From Trueperaceae bacterium (lineage in GTDB: Bacteria > Deinococcota > Deinococci > Deinococcales > Trueperaceae), in contig OZ243927.1 in assembly GCA_965213925.1 (NCBI GenBank), forward strand, positions 3,680,001 through 3,744,000: DNA of 64,000 nucleotides. Reading direction: 5' to 3'. Positions 1 through 8,713 of the stretch are shown here, piece by piece. Under the pieces are notes generated by a model. That model worked only from the letters and a program-made list of their open reading frames with translations, was not told where the DNA came from and did not search any database. Position numbers and translations under genes: made by a program. Numbering within the stretch: the stretch's first letter is position 1; the number at the start of each line of letters is the position of its first letter.

Positions 1-1475
1 CTCGTCTGGGCGTTTGGAATGTCCACCTCTCTCGAGCCGGGGGCTAGCGTCTCGCCAGCGGCGTTGACCGCGCCTTCGCTGCGCTGCCCTTCCAGGAGTT
101 CGGGTCCGGTTTGCGGAGTGCCCTCTAAGCGCTCGGCTGAACTAGGGGCGGCTTCGGACGGCAAGCTGCCCGAGCCGTTCGCGTCTTCGCCCTCGGGTAC
201 GTTCTGCGCGCCGCCCTCTTGCTCGCCCTCTTGGGCTCCGGCTGAACCGCCCTGCGCGCTCTCGCCCTGAGTGGGGTCGCCCTCGCTCTGTCCGCTCTCC
301 CCTGCTCCCTCTTCCTGCTGGCCCTCCTGCTGACCTTCACTCTCGCCCTGCGCCCCTTGGGGCTGCTCGCCCTCCGCGCTTTGCTCCTGCTCGGAGGGCG
401 TACCTTCCGAGCCGCCTTCCTGTTGCTCGCCTTCGCGAGGGGACTGGGTCTGTTCCGGCGCGCCTTCACCGGACGCGCCCTCTTCTTGTCCGTCCTGGGC
501 ACCCTCGCCTTGTTCTCCTTGTTCTCCTTGCTGACCTTGCTCTCCCTGTCCCTGCTGACCCTCGCCTTGTTCACCCTGCTGGTCTTGGGCACTCTGATCG
601 CGCTGCCCCTCGTTCGGCGCTTGCGAGCCCTGGTTAGGCGCTGCGCCCCCCTCGCCCTGCGCCTCGTCCCTCGAGAAAGGGTTGCGCTCTGCGCCACTAG
701 GCTGCGCCCCGTCCTCCTGCGCCTCTAAAGACTCCAAGTAACGCTCTAAGGTCTCGCTGTCGGCGCTTCCCTCTGCGTCCATTTCACCGCCCTCGCCGCT
801 GACGTCTTCGCCGGGCGCGTCGAAGGTGCGCTCTAACTCGGGTTGCGCGTCCTGAGCGGCGTCCTCTGCCGCGGGAGCTTCGGGCGTTTCGGCTTCGTCC
901 GCGCCACCGTCCGCACCTTCGTCTGCGTCGCTCTGCGCAGCGGGCGGCGCGCCCTCGTTGGGGGATAAGGGCGCGTTGTCGCCCCCTAAGCCGCCTCCCA
1001 AACCACCGGGGAGGCTGAGCGCCGGGAGCACCGCGAGGCTAAGCGCCACCGCGAGCAGCGGGAGCCACCAGGGTTGCGCGGCGGGCGGCTCGAGCCGCTT
1101 CGTCGTGCGCTCGACCTGCGCGCTCAGCGCCCGCACGAAGCCGTAGGCGTCCTCGTCCGGGCGCTCTGGTCGCTCCAGCGCCGTGCGGTAAGCGAGCCCC
1201 GCGCGTTCGTCTATCCAGCCGAGCGCCCAAGGTTCGGTACGCTCTAAAGGCCAGGCAAACCCCGCCGCGAACCCTAGCCCGACGGACGCGAGGTGTAGCG
1301 CGAAAGGGAGGTCGAGAAGCCAAGCCACAAACGATGCGGCGAGCGCCGCGCCCGAACAGATGAGGAGCCTCGAGCGCCGCGCGCGACCTCGTGCGAGCGA
1401 GCGGTGCAAGGTTAGGGAGGGCGCGGCTTCGCTTGCGCCCGTATTCTGTCTTTGTCTCTGACTGGGTTTAATCAT
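1..1475 (-). CDS. Membrane-anchored protein with a long acidic Gln/Glu/Gly-rich disordered C-terminal region (3' end outside the window)
   Basis: Read by hand. ATG at 1475, just after the upstream TAA (1478-1480), gives MIKPSQRQ...LLICSGAALAASFVAWLLD...AGLAYRTALE...PWWLPLLAVALSL and then QGEQGEGQQGQGEQ repeats. The frame stays open to the window edge, which is why it is missing from the ORF track. Confidence 0.8.
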   Translation of the reverse strand, partial: MIKPSQRQRQNTGASEAAPSLTLHRSLARGRARRSRLLICSGAALAASFVAWLLDLPFALHLASVGLGFAAGFAWPLERTEPWALGWIDERAGLAYRTALERPERPDEDAYGFVRALSAQVERTTKRLEPPAAQPWWLPLLAVALSLAVLPALSLPGGLGGGLGGDNAPLSPNEGAPPAAQSDADEGADGGADEAETPEAPAAEDAAQDAQPELERTFDAPGEDVSGEGGEMDAEGSADSETLERYLESLEAQEDGAQPSGAERNPFSRDEAQGEGGAAPNQGSQAPNEGQRDQSAQDQQGEQGEGQQGQGEQGQQGEQGEQGEGAQDGQEEGASGEGAPEQTQSPREGEQQEGGSEGTPSEQEQSAEGEQPQGAQGESEGQQEGQQEEGAGESGQSEGDPTQGESAQGGSAGAQEGEQEGGAQNVPEGEDANGSGSLPSEAAPSSAERLEGTPQTGPELLEGQRSEGAVNAAGETLAPGSREVDIPNAQT

Positions 1476-1477
1476 CC

Positions 1478-2101
1478 TTATGCCCCCTCTTCACGCGGCG
1501 TCGGGCGAACGAGGTAGACCAGCGTCGCACCTGCACAGAGCCCCGCTAAGGCGAGGTGCAACGCGGAAACGTGCGCGACCGCGGTAAACGGATTGAGTAT
1601 CGGCTGCGCCACCCAAGAACTCGCCCACACGTCGAACGAGACGACGCCGACGAGGATGAGGGGCACGACGAGCGGCAAGAGCGTGCGCAGCCTCAGCTTG
1701 CTGAGCAGCGCGCCGAGCGCTAGACCGACCCCGAAGAACGCGGCGATGTCTAAGGTACACGCGAGGAGCGACCACCAGAGCGGCGTCACGGGGTAGCTCG
1801 CGGCGTAGGTCGCAGTTTCTAAAGGCAGCGCGAGCACGTGAAAGCAGCCGAGCGCGGCGAGCGTGAGCCGCTGCTCGGTGCGCGAGCGCGGGCTCGAGGT
1901 CGCGCCGTAAGCGAGCCCTAAAAGCGCCAACGCCGCCACCTTGGTCTGCGCGAGCGCGTACCAACTGTTGTTGGTCTCGAGCGCGTCCGAGGGCCAGGAG
2001 ATGACCAGCACGAAGATGAGGAGCGCGAGCAGCCCCATAAAGAGCTGCGTCATATCCTCACGGCGTAAGAGGGCGCTGAGCGCCCCTAAGGACGAGGTCA
2101 C
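1478..2101 (-). CDS. Multi-pass membrane protein (ABC-2 permease-like / hypothetical)
   Basis: 207 aa with about 6 hydrophobic segments; GTGA overlap with the upstream gene. Confidence 0.75.
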   Translation of the reverse strand: MTSSLGALSALLRREDMTQLFMGLLALLIFVLVISWPSDALETNNSWYALAQTKVAALALLGLAYGATSSPRSRTEQRLTLAALGCFHVLALPLETATYAASYPVTPLWWSLLACTLDIAAFFGVGLALGALLSKLRLRTLLPLVVPLILVGVVSFDVWASSWVAQPILNPFTAVAHVSALHLALAGLCAGATLVYLVRPTPREEGA

Positions 2102-3591
2102 AGCCCTGCCTCCGCGCAGTAACGGGCTGTCCCGCCGTCCGCACCGCTTCGTTTTTGGGCGGGTCCGGTCGGCTCATCCGTCAGCTCGCCCACCCCTTCG
2201 CCTACCCCTTCGTCCAGCGCATCCCCGCGCGCACTTTCGGACGCGCTCGGTAGAGGCGACGTAGATGTGACCGCCGCTGCGCGCGAGCGCACTGCCGCGC
2301 GGGAGGTGCGGCAGGAGCGGGCTGTAGGTCGCAGGGGGCAAGCTGTCGCGCATCCGCACGGCGAGGCGTTCGCATCGGCGGCGATGTCGCCCTGTTGCCC
2401 GAACCCTACGACGAACACGTCGCCCAGGGGAGCCGAACCGCTATTGACCAGCGCGTCGCCCTCCCAGTAGAACGTCGCCGTTTCGAAGCGCGGCGCGAGC
2501 ACGAGCGTGACCGCCGACCAGCGCGGCATATCGAAGCGGAGGCTGCCTGGCGACGCCCGCCACGAGGTCAGCTCGAGGGGATAAGCGTTGACGTCTAAAC
2601 GGCGCGTCCCTTCGGGCAGGCTAAAGAGCGTGCGCAGCTCCAGGGTCTGCGCGAGCCCGCCGCTCGCTAGGGTGACGCTGCGGCTGCGGGTCAGGGTGGC
2701 GTCGGCGGGTCTCAGGTAGCCCCACGCGCCCGCGGCGAAAAGGAGCGCCAGCGACAGCCCCGCGATAAGCCCCGGCACGCGCCCGAAGCGGACCACGAGG
2801 AGCGCGGCGAGCGCGTAGAGGCTCGCACCCAGCAAAACGACTTGCTGCGGCATGCTCGGCGGGCCGCGCTGCAGGTCGGGCGAGATGAGGGCGCTTTGCA
2901 GCGCGTTACGCTCTATCGTCGGCAGTGGCGACACCTCCGCGCCTTCCCCTACGCGCTCGAGCCAACCCGACCCGAGACGCTGCACCTCGCGCCGCGCGAG
3001 CCCGCGCAGGTCACCCGTGAGCGGTTCTAACAGGCGCACACTCGTCCCCGCCGCCGCCGCCGCCGCTACCGTCCGAGCGGACGCCTCGCCTCCGACCCAC
3101 AGCGTCGCCACGCCCGCATACGCGCTCGGACGCCCAGGCAGCGTATCCGCACGCACGTCGACGACTCTCGCCTCACGCGCTAAGGCGTCAGGCGGTAAGT
3201 TGACGCCCATACCTAAGAGGTGGAGCGGTCGTGGGTCGACCCTGCGCCTATCGATGCTGCCACTCGCCAAGACGCTATCTTGGGTCCGCACCGCCCAGGT
3301 CAGCCGCCGCCACGCCGGGATGTAGAGGTCGTCTTCGAACACATAAAGACCGCTGCCCCCGGCTAAAGGGGCGCGGTAAGAGACGAGTTGCTCGCCGTCG
3401 CGCAGGTTGCCCTGGTCGATCTCTAAAACGAACTCGGCCGCGCTCCGGTCACGTAAGGAGATGCGCAGCGGGTTCCAGGTATTCGCGACCACCTCACCGG
3501 AGAAACCCAGCGTCACCTGAACGTCGCTGTTCTGAGCCAAAGCAACGCTCAACGCCGAAAGGAGTGCGAAGAAAAAACTAACTCTAACCAC
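2098..3591 (-). CDS. Exported/membrane hypothetical protein with a signal peptide and two TM helices; C-terminal ~40 aa may lie in a shifted frame
   Basis: Probable GTG start at 3591, signal peptide ending ALA-Q, N-terminal V-x-L-G-F-x-G...W-N-P-L beta domain, TM pair near aa 250-295. Confidence 0.7.
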   Translation of the reverse strand: MVRVSFFFALLSALSVALAQNSDVQVTLGFSGEVVANTWNPLRISLRDRSAAEFVLEIDQGNLRDGEQLVSYRAPLAGGSGLYVFEDDLYIPAWRRLTWAVRTQDSVLASGSIDRRRVDPRPLHLLGMGVNLPPDALAREARVVDVRADTLPGRPSAYAGVATLWVGGEASARTVAAAAAAGTSVRLLEPLTGDLRGLARREVQRLGSGWLERVGEGAEVSPLPTIERNALQSALISPDLQRGPPSMPQQVVLLGASLYALAALLVVRFGRVPGLIAGLSLALLFAAGAWGYLRPADATLTRSRSVTLASGGLAQTLELRTLFSLPEGTRRLDVNAYPLELTSWRASPGSLRFDMPRWSAVTLVLAPRFETATFYWEGDALVNSGSAPLGDVFVVGFGQQGDIAADANASPCGCATACPLRPTARSCRTSRAAVRSRAAAVTSTSPLPSASESARGDALDEGVGEGVGELTDEPTGPAQKRSGADGGTARYCAEAGL

Positions 3592-3909
3592 TACCCATAG
3601 TTTACCAGCTGACTCCTGAGAAACCGTGACCCGCGCAGACGAACCCATCCGCATACGTGCAGCGTTTGCAAAGAGGGTTGCGAGCGTTCCGACCTTATTC
3701 TGAGCGTTGAAGTGCTTCGGCTTCGAAAACCTCAACCACTATAAAAAGGTTTCTACGCTTGAGGCGGACTTCGTTGGCGTTCTCCAGTTCAGATTATTTC
3801 GGTGAACCTACCTTGTTCTAAGCGTTTAGCAGTTACCAATCAGCGCTATGAGGCGTCGCGGCGAATCCTGCACACGCTGACGAGCGCGGCGTCGCCTGTG
3901 CCCGCAACC

Positions 3910-3952
3910 AAAAGAGAAACTCTCAGCCTAGAGACCGAGAGCTTGTCTTTTT
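3910..3952. terminator. Probable intrinsic terminator downstream of the small lipoprotein gene
   Basis: Imperfect inverted repeat AAAAGAGAAACTCTC...GAGAGCTTGTCTTTT. Confidence 0.4.
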
Positions 3953-3987
3953 CAACGCGACCTCTTCGCGAGGTCTTATAAAAGCGT

Positions 3988-4131
3988 TTAAGCTAACAGG
4001 TTGAGAACAATCGCAGCGGAGCCGCCTGTTTCGCCGCCCGTTTCGCCACCATTACCGTCTTCATCATCGCTGCAGCCTACGAGTGCGGTTGCTAAAACCA
4101 AGAGAAAAATCAAAGATGCGCGTTTCATCAT
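3988..4131 (-). CDS. Small lipoprotein, 47 aa (MMKRASLIFLLVLATALVGCSDDEDGNGGETGGETGGSAAIVLNLLA)
   Basis: GGAG RBS, basic n-region, hydrophobic h-region, lipobox LVGC, TAA at 3988-3990. Below the ORF-track cutoff. Confidence 0.75.
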   Translation of the reverse strand: MMKRASLIFLLVLATALVGCSDDEDGNGGETGGETGGSAAIVLNLLA

Positions 4132-4303
4132 GTAAACTCCTATGTTGAGTGAAAATTTTTACACCACAGAGCGGCGTAAAGTGTTAAGAGCAAGAGTGAC
4201 ATGTGAAAGAATGAGAATTCTGCAATGCTTATGAGAAGATTAGAGAAGGACTCCGAGTAGGGCGTGCTCGCGACGGGTACTAAACTATGTCAAACTCGGA
4301 GCT

Positions 4304-5272
4304 ATGAACGCGATACAGATAACCGAAAACGGCAACGCGGACGTGCTCGAGCTTAGAGAAGTTGATGCGCCCCAACCTGACAAGGGTGAAGTTTTGGTCA
4401 AAGTTGAGGCGGCAGGCTTAAACTTCATCGACATCTACCGCCGCGAAGGACACTACCCGGTCTCGCTTCCGCACATCCCCGGCAGCGAGGCGGCGGGCGT
4501 GGTCGAGGCGGTAGGCGAGGGCGTCAGCGAAGTTGAGGTGGGGGACCGCGTGGCGGGCGTAAGTTTCAGCGGGGCGTACGCGGAGTTCGCGCTCGCGCCC
4601 GCTCAAACACTCGTCAAGGTGCCGGACGGGGTCAGCGGCGAGCAAGCGGCAGCCGTGATGCTCCAGGGTATGACCGCGCACTACCTCACGCACACGACCT
4701 ATCCGCTCCGAGAAGGTGAGACTTGCCTCGTTCACGCAGCGGCGGGGGGCGTCGGGCTGCTCCTCGTGCAGATGGCGAAGAAGCGCGGGGCGCGGGCTAT
4801 AGGCACCGTCTCCACCGAAGAGAAAGAACGCTTAGCGAGAGAGGCGGGCGCGGACGACATCATTCGCTACACGGAGCAAGACTTCGAGGAAGAGGTCAAA
4901 CGGTTGACGGACGGTGAGGGCGTGCAGGTCGTCTACGATTCGGTAGGCAAGTCGACCTTCGAGAAGGGGCTTGATTGCCTCGCCATGCGCGGCATGATGG
5001 CGCTCTTCGGGCAGTCGAGCGGGACGGTGGAGCCTTTCAATCTGCAGACGCTCAACGCGAAGGGCTCGCTTTTCCTGACGCGCCCTTCGCTCTTTCACTA
5101 CGTCGCCAAGCGCGACGAGCTTGTGGAGCGGGCGAACGACGTGCTCGGCTGGGTGGCGGCGGGCGAGCTTAGCGTGCGCGTCGATTCGAAGCTGCCGCTC
5201 GCCGACGCGGGCGAGGCGCACCGGCGTTTAGAGGGGCGCAAAACGGCGGGGAAAGTGTTGCTCGAGCCATGA
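4304..5272 (+). CDS. qor: NADPH:quinone oxidoreductase (zeta-crystallin/MDR family)
   Basis: GLNFID, PGSEAAG, HAAAGGVG, VVYDSVG and GSLFLTRP motifs. Confidence 0.92.
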   Translation: MNAIQITENGNADVLELREVDAPQPDKGEVLVKVEAAGLNFIDIYRREGHYPVSLPHIPGSEAAGVVEAVGEGVSEVEVGDRVAGVSFSGAYAEFALAPAQTLVKVPDGVSGEQAAAVMLQGMTAHYLTHTTYPLREGETCLVHAAAGGVGLLLVQMAKKRGARAIGTVSTEEKERLAREAGADDIIRYTEQDFEEEVKRLTDGEGVQVVYDSVGKSTFEKGLDCLAMRGMMALFGQSSGTVEPFNLQTLNAKGSLFLTRPSLFHYVAKRDELVERANDVLGWVAAGELSVRVDSKLPLADAGEAHRRLEGRKTAGKVLLEP

Positions 5273-5385
5273 AAGCAGGTATACCCCGTTTGGGGCACCT
5301 TACCCGCTAAAGCAGGGCTTCTCCCGAAGGTGTGCGAAGCGTTACGGAGTAAGGGCTACGCAAACGAAGTTTTGCCTCCGGCAAA

Positions 5386-5458
5386 CAGGTTATTTGGTCA
5401 CAAACGCGCTCACTGTGGAGAACACAGTTTAGCACGCACATAATAAAGATAATATCTG
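5386..5458 (+). repeat. Degenerate copy of the CAGGTATCATCT-ended MITE-like repeat
   Basis: CAGGTTATTTGGTC...TTTAGCACGCACAT...AGATAATATCTG; internal match to the copy at 36391. Confidence 0.6.
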
Positions 5459-5513
5459 CGTGATTCAAACTCAGTATCTCTGTTAAGCACGGTTGTTCCA
5501 GCAATCAATCTTC

Positions 5514-5610
5514 GTAGGGGCGGGTTTGAAACTCGCCCCTACACCGCGTCACATTCTACTGAACGGAATACAGCGCTGTCTCGTAGGGGGGATTCATGAA
5601 TCCCCCCTAC
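5514..5610. repeat. Two GTAG-type REP-like palindromes (5514-5542 and 5583-5610)
   Basis: GTAGGGGCGGGTTTGAAACTCGCCCCTAC and the perfect palindrome GTAGGGGGGATTCATGAATCCCCCCTAC. Confidence 0.75.
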
Positions 5611-5620
5611 GCTCGGTTCC

Positions 5621-6841
5621 TCAGGTCCTAAAAATCACCCCTTCACGCTTGAAACTCCTGAAGGCAAAGTCCAGCAAGAGGGCGGTGTAGGCGAGCGTCG
5701 AACCGTACGTCAGGAGCAGCGGCAAGGCTTCGGCGCTCCCTTTCACGAGGTCGTTCATCACGATGAGCGTGTTGAGTACCGGGATGAGGTAGAGAACGGG
5801 ATTCGAGCCGAAGAAGTCCGCGAACTGCAAGCCGACCGCAGGCAAAATGAGCACGAACGAGAGCGGCGCGACGTAGCTCTGCGCCTCCTTGAACGAGCGG
5901 GCGAACATGGCGATGCTAATTAAGAGCGCGGCGATGAGCCCGGCGAGCAACAGGGCGCTGACGATGAGCATCACAACGCCGAACGCGCTCACGTCGAGCG
6001 CCCCGCCCATCACGCTCACGATGTCTTGCGCCTCCTCGCCCTGGAGCTTAAAGACCTGACGGAGCACCGTGCCGCCCAGCACGTATCCTAAAATCGCCAT
6101 GAGCGCGGCGGAGAGCCCGAAGGTCATGGTGGCCAAGAACTTGCCCACCACCACCTCGGCGCGGCGCACCGGGGCGACTAGGAGCGACTCCAACGTCCCC
6201 CGCTCTTTCTCTCCGGCGGTCGCGTCAATCGCAGTCATCTGCCCGCCCGCGAGCGTCCAGACCGCGATGAAGAAGGGGATGAGCCAGGCGAGTTGCCCGC
6301 TCGAGCGCTCCGAACGCTGCCGCGCATCCTGGTTGTCGATGGAAATAGGCACTAACACGCTCGGCTCCAAGCCCGCGCTGCGCAACCTCTCGGCGACGAG
6401 TTCTTGCTGGTATGTACCGATAGCGTCCTCTAACTTGCCCGCGCTCAGTTCGCTGCGCAAGTTGCCCGTCTTGCTGTACACGGTGAGTTCGCCTCGACCC
6501 TCTCTCAGGCTGCTTTCAAACCCTTCCGGCACCCCTAAAGAGACGGCGTAACGGTCCTCTCTCACGGCGGCTTCGGGGTCGTCAACGGGCGTCAAGACGA
6601 TGCTCTGCGCTTCTATTTCGCTGCGCAAATCGCCGGGTAAATTGCCCAAGCCTTGCACCGCCACCTCGGTCAGGGTGGTCTGTTCGCGCTCGAAAAGCCC
6701 GCCGATCAAGAGGGGCAGACCGAGCATCACGAGCGGCAAGACGAGCAGGGGGATGAGAAGGCTCGAGACGATCGCGCGCCTGTCCCTGAGCGTCGAGAGA
6801 ATTTCCTTGCCTGCAATGCTTAAAATGATGGCGAGCCTCAC
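5621..6841 (-). CDS. ABC-2 exporter permease, NatB-like
   Basis: KEIxxTLRDRR N-terminus, AGEKERGTLESLL and ARSFKEAQSY motifs. Confidence 0.88.
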   Translation of the reverse strand: MRLAIILSIAGKEILSTLRDRRAIVSSLLIPLLVLPLVMLGLPLLIGGLFEREQTTLTEVAVQGLGNLPGDLRSEIEAQSIVLTPVDDPEAAVREDRYAVSLGVPEGFESSLREGRGELTVYSKTGNLRSELSAGKLEDAIGTYQQELVAERLRSAGLEPSVLVPISIDNQDARQRSERSSGQLAWLIPFFIAVWTLAGGQMTAIDATAGEKERGTLESLLVAPVRRAEVVVGKFLATMTFGLSAALMAILGYVLGGTVLRQVFKLQGEEAQDIVSVMGGALDVSAFGVVMLIVSALLLAGLIAALLISIAMFARSFKEAQSYVAPLSFVLILPAVGLQFADFFGSNPVLYLIPVLNTLIVMNDLVKGSAEALPLLLTYGSTLAYTALLLDFAFRSFKREGVIFRT

Positions 6842-7617
6842 GCGCTCACCTCTTTTTTTGGTCCATGTTCTTCTTTCGGTCTATGGTCTTCTGGTCCTTG
6901 CGAACGTTCGACGAGGGTGAAAAACGCCTCCTCGAGGGTCTTCGTTTCCGCCTCCGCGACGAGTTCGCCTACGCTGCCCTTCGCGATCAGCTTGCCGCCG
7001 TAGATGATCGCCACGCGGTCGCACAGCTCCTCGACCTCGCTCATCACGTGCGTCGAATAGACCACCGCCCTGTCTTCGCTCGGGTAGCGCTTTACGAAGT
7101 TCAGCACCGTGCGCCGCGCCATCACGTCCAGCCCGGAGGTCGCCTCGTCGAAGAAGATGATGGGCGGGTCGTGCAAGACCGCCCGCGCGATCACGATCTT
7201 CTGCTTCATCCCGGTCGAGAAGTCGCCCGTGCGCCGCGTCAGCGTGGGGCCGAGGTCCAAGAGGTCATCAAGCACCGCCACGCGCGCCTCTATCTGCGCT
7301 CTGCTCAACCCGTACAGCCGCCCGAAGTAGCGCAGCACCTCCAAGCCCGTGAGCCTGTCGTAAAGCCCCATCCCGCCGTTGACCACGCCGATCTCGGCGC
7401 GGACCTTTTCAGCGTCCTGCTTGACGTCGTGAGCGTTGACCGTGGCGCTGCCCGCGTCGGCTTGAAGGAGCGTCGCGAGGATGCGCAGCGTAGTGGTCTT
7501 GCCCGCGCCGTTCGGTCCTAAAAGCCCGAAGACCTCGCCTGCAGGGACCGAAAAGCTCAGGTCGTCCACCGCTTTGACCTCGCCAAAGGATTTGCATAGG
7601 TTCGAAACGTGAATCAT
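6838..7617 (-). CDS. ABC exporter ATP-binding protein, NatA-like
   Basis: Walker A GPNGAGKTT, signature FSTGMKQK, Walker B IFFDE; ATG at 7617 preceded by TACAAT. Confidence 0.9.
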   Translation of the reverse strand: MIHVSNLCKSFGEVKAVDDLSFSVPAGEVFGLLGPNGAGKTTTLRILATLLQADAGSATVNAHDVKQDAEKVRAEIGVVNGGMGLYDRLTGLEVLRYFGRLYGLSRAQIEARVAVLDDLLDLGPTLTRRTGDFSTGMKQKIVIARAVLHDPPIIFFDEATSGLDVMARRTVLNFVKRYPSEDRAVVYSTHVMSEVEELCDRVAIIYGGKLIAKGSVGELVAEAETKTLEEAFFTLVERSQGPEDHRPKEEHGPKKEVSA

Positions 7618-7749
7618 AGGGCTATTGTAGAGGTCTCGAGGTGAGAGGGAAGCGAGAAGCGTCTCAGAGGGGGAAGCGCGCCGGCATATCAACCCATCAG
7701 GAAAACCTCCGCACCTGACGTGCTGACGGGCTGACGTGCTGCTTATTCC

Positions 7750-7903
7750 TTAGCAGTTCCAAAACATACTGAGACAGATTACCGCAGATTTCACAGCTTT
7801 GCTGTAACGGAACTTCATCTCTGAAAGTGCGTACTAGACGGTAACTCGTAGAGTGAGAGTGTTGCTTCGCACAACTTCGTTCACTCTGACCAGATGATAC
7901 CTG
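7750..7903 (-). repeat. Extended copy of the MITE-like repeat
   Basis: The reverse complement starts CAGGTATCATCTGGTC and carries GAGATGAAGTTCCGTTACAGCAAAGCTGTGAAA...TCTGTCTCAGTATGTTTTGGAA, shared with 25617-25681. Confidence 0.75.
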
Positions 7904-7924
7904 CTACCTGTTATCATCACCCCT

Positions 7925-8713
7925 ATGGCAGACCGCGACATCGCCGCTCTGGAGAGCTATCAACTCATCCCCAAACTCCTGCACGACGTTCAGCTCGTGG
8001 ACGCTTCGTGTCGGCTTCTAGGCGCGACGTACGATACGCCCATCGTGCCGCTTTTGGAGCGCGCTTTGGGACGCCCGCCCGCGAACATCGGCACGCTCAG
8101 TTTGGTCGACGCCGAACTGCTTTTAGAGCAGCCCGAGACCTTTCACTTCAATCTGAGTCTCCCGCTCTTGAAGCCTGAAAAGATGGGCTACCTCATGCCC
8201 AAAGTGCGCAAGCTCGCCGCGGCGGGCGTGCCCGCGTTCGCGCTCGACCTCTCGGTGTTAGCCGACACGCCCCCCTACGGCTCACACGAGTGGCGGCCGC
8301 GCACCCGCGAAGACCTAGCCGAACTCCGCGCGGCGGCGGGCGTCCCGCTCTGGCTCTACGGCGTGTGCAGCGTGGCAGACGCCGACATCGCGACCGAGGC
8401 GGGTTTAGAGGGCATCGTGATCACCTCGAGCGCCGGGCACTTCCTTAACGGTCCGGCCGCCGCCGAGGTGTTCCCCGACATCTTCGACGCGGTGGCGGGC
8501 ACTATCTCGGTCTACGTGGGCGGTCCGGTGCGTAGCGGTATCGACGTGTTCCGCTATCTCGCCATCGGCGCAGAAGCCGTCGTCGTGGACAGCGACAGGT
8601 CGCTGGAGAACCTGCGGGCGGAACTCGAGTATGCCATGCGCTTGACCGGCTGCCAGACGCTCGCCGACATCGGCTACGAAGCGGTCTTCGCGCCGCTCTT
8701 TGGAGAGGTGTGA
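7925..8713 (+). CDS. Divergent FMN-dependent alpha-hydroxy-acid dehydrogenase/IDI2-like TIM-barrel protein
   Basis: L-x-P-x-x-L-x-D-V N-terminus, GPVRSGIDVFRYLAIGA and ELEYAMRLTGC motifs. The catalytic SNHGGR motif is not conserved. Confidence 0.7.
   Translation: MADRDIAALESYQLIPKLLHDVQLVDASCRLLGATYDTPIVPLLERALGRPPANIGTLSLVDAELLLEQPETFHFNLSLPLLKPEKMGYLMPKVRKLAAAGVPAFALDLSVLADTPPYGSHEWRPRTREDLAELRAAAGVPLWLYGVCSVADADIATEAGLEGIVITSSAGHFLNGPAAAEVFPDIFDAVAGTISVYVGGPVRSGIDVFRYLAIGAEAVVVDSDRSLENLRAELEYAMRLTGCQTLADIGYEAVFAPLFGEV

Noticed and set aside
125..728. ORF-track calls 125-697 (-) and 357-728 (+)
   Set aside because: Shadow frames of the low-complexity QEG-rich gene at 1-1475.
7894..8178. 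ORF starting MIPAT
   Set aside because: Its ATG comes from the repeat TIR and it overlaps the real gene at 7925 out of frame.
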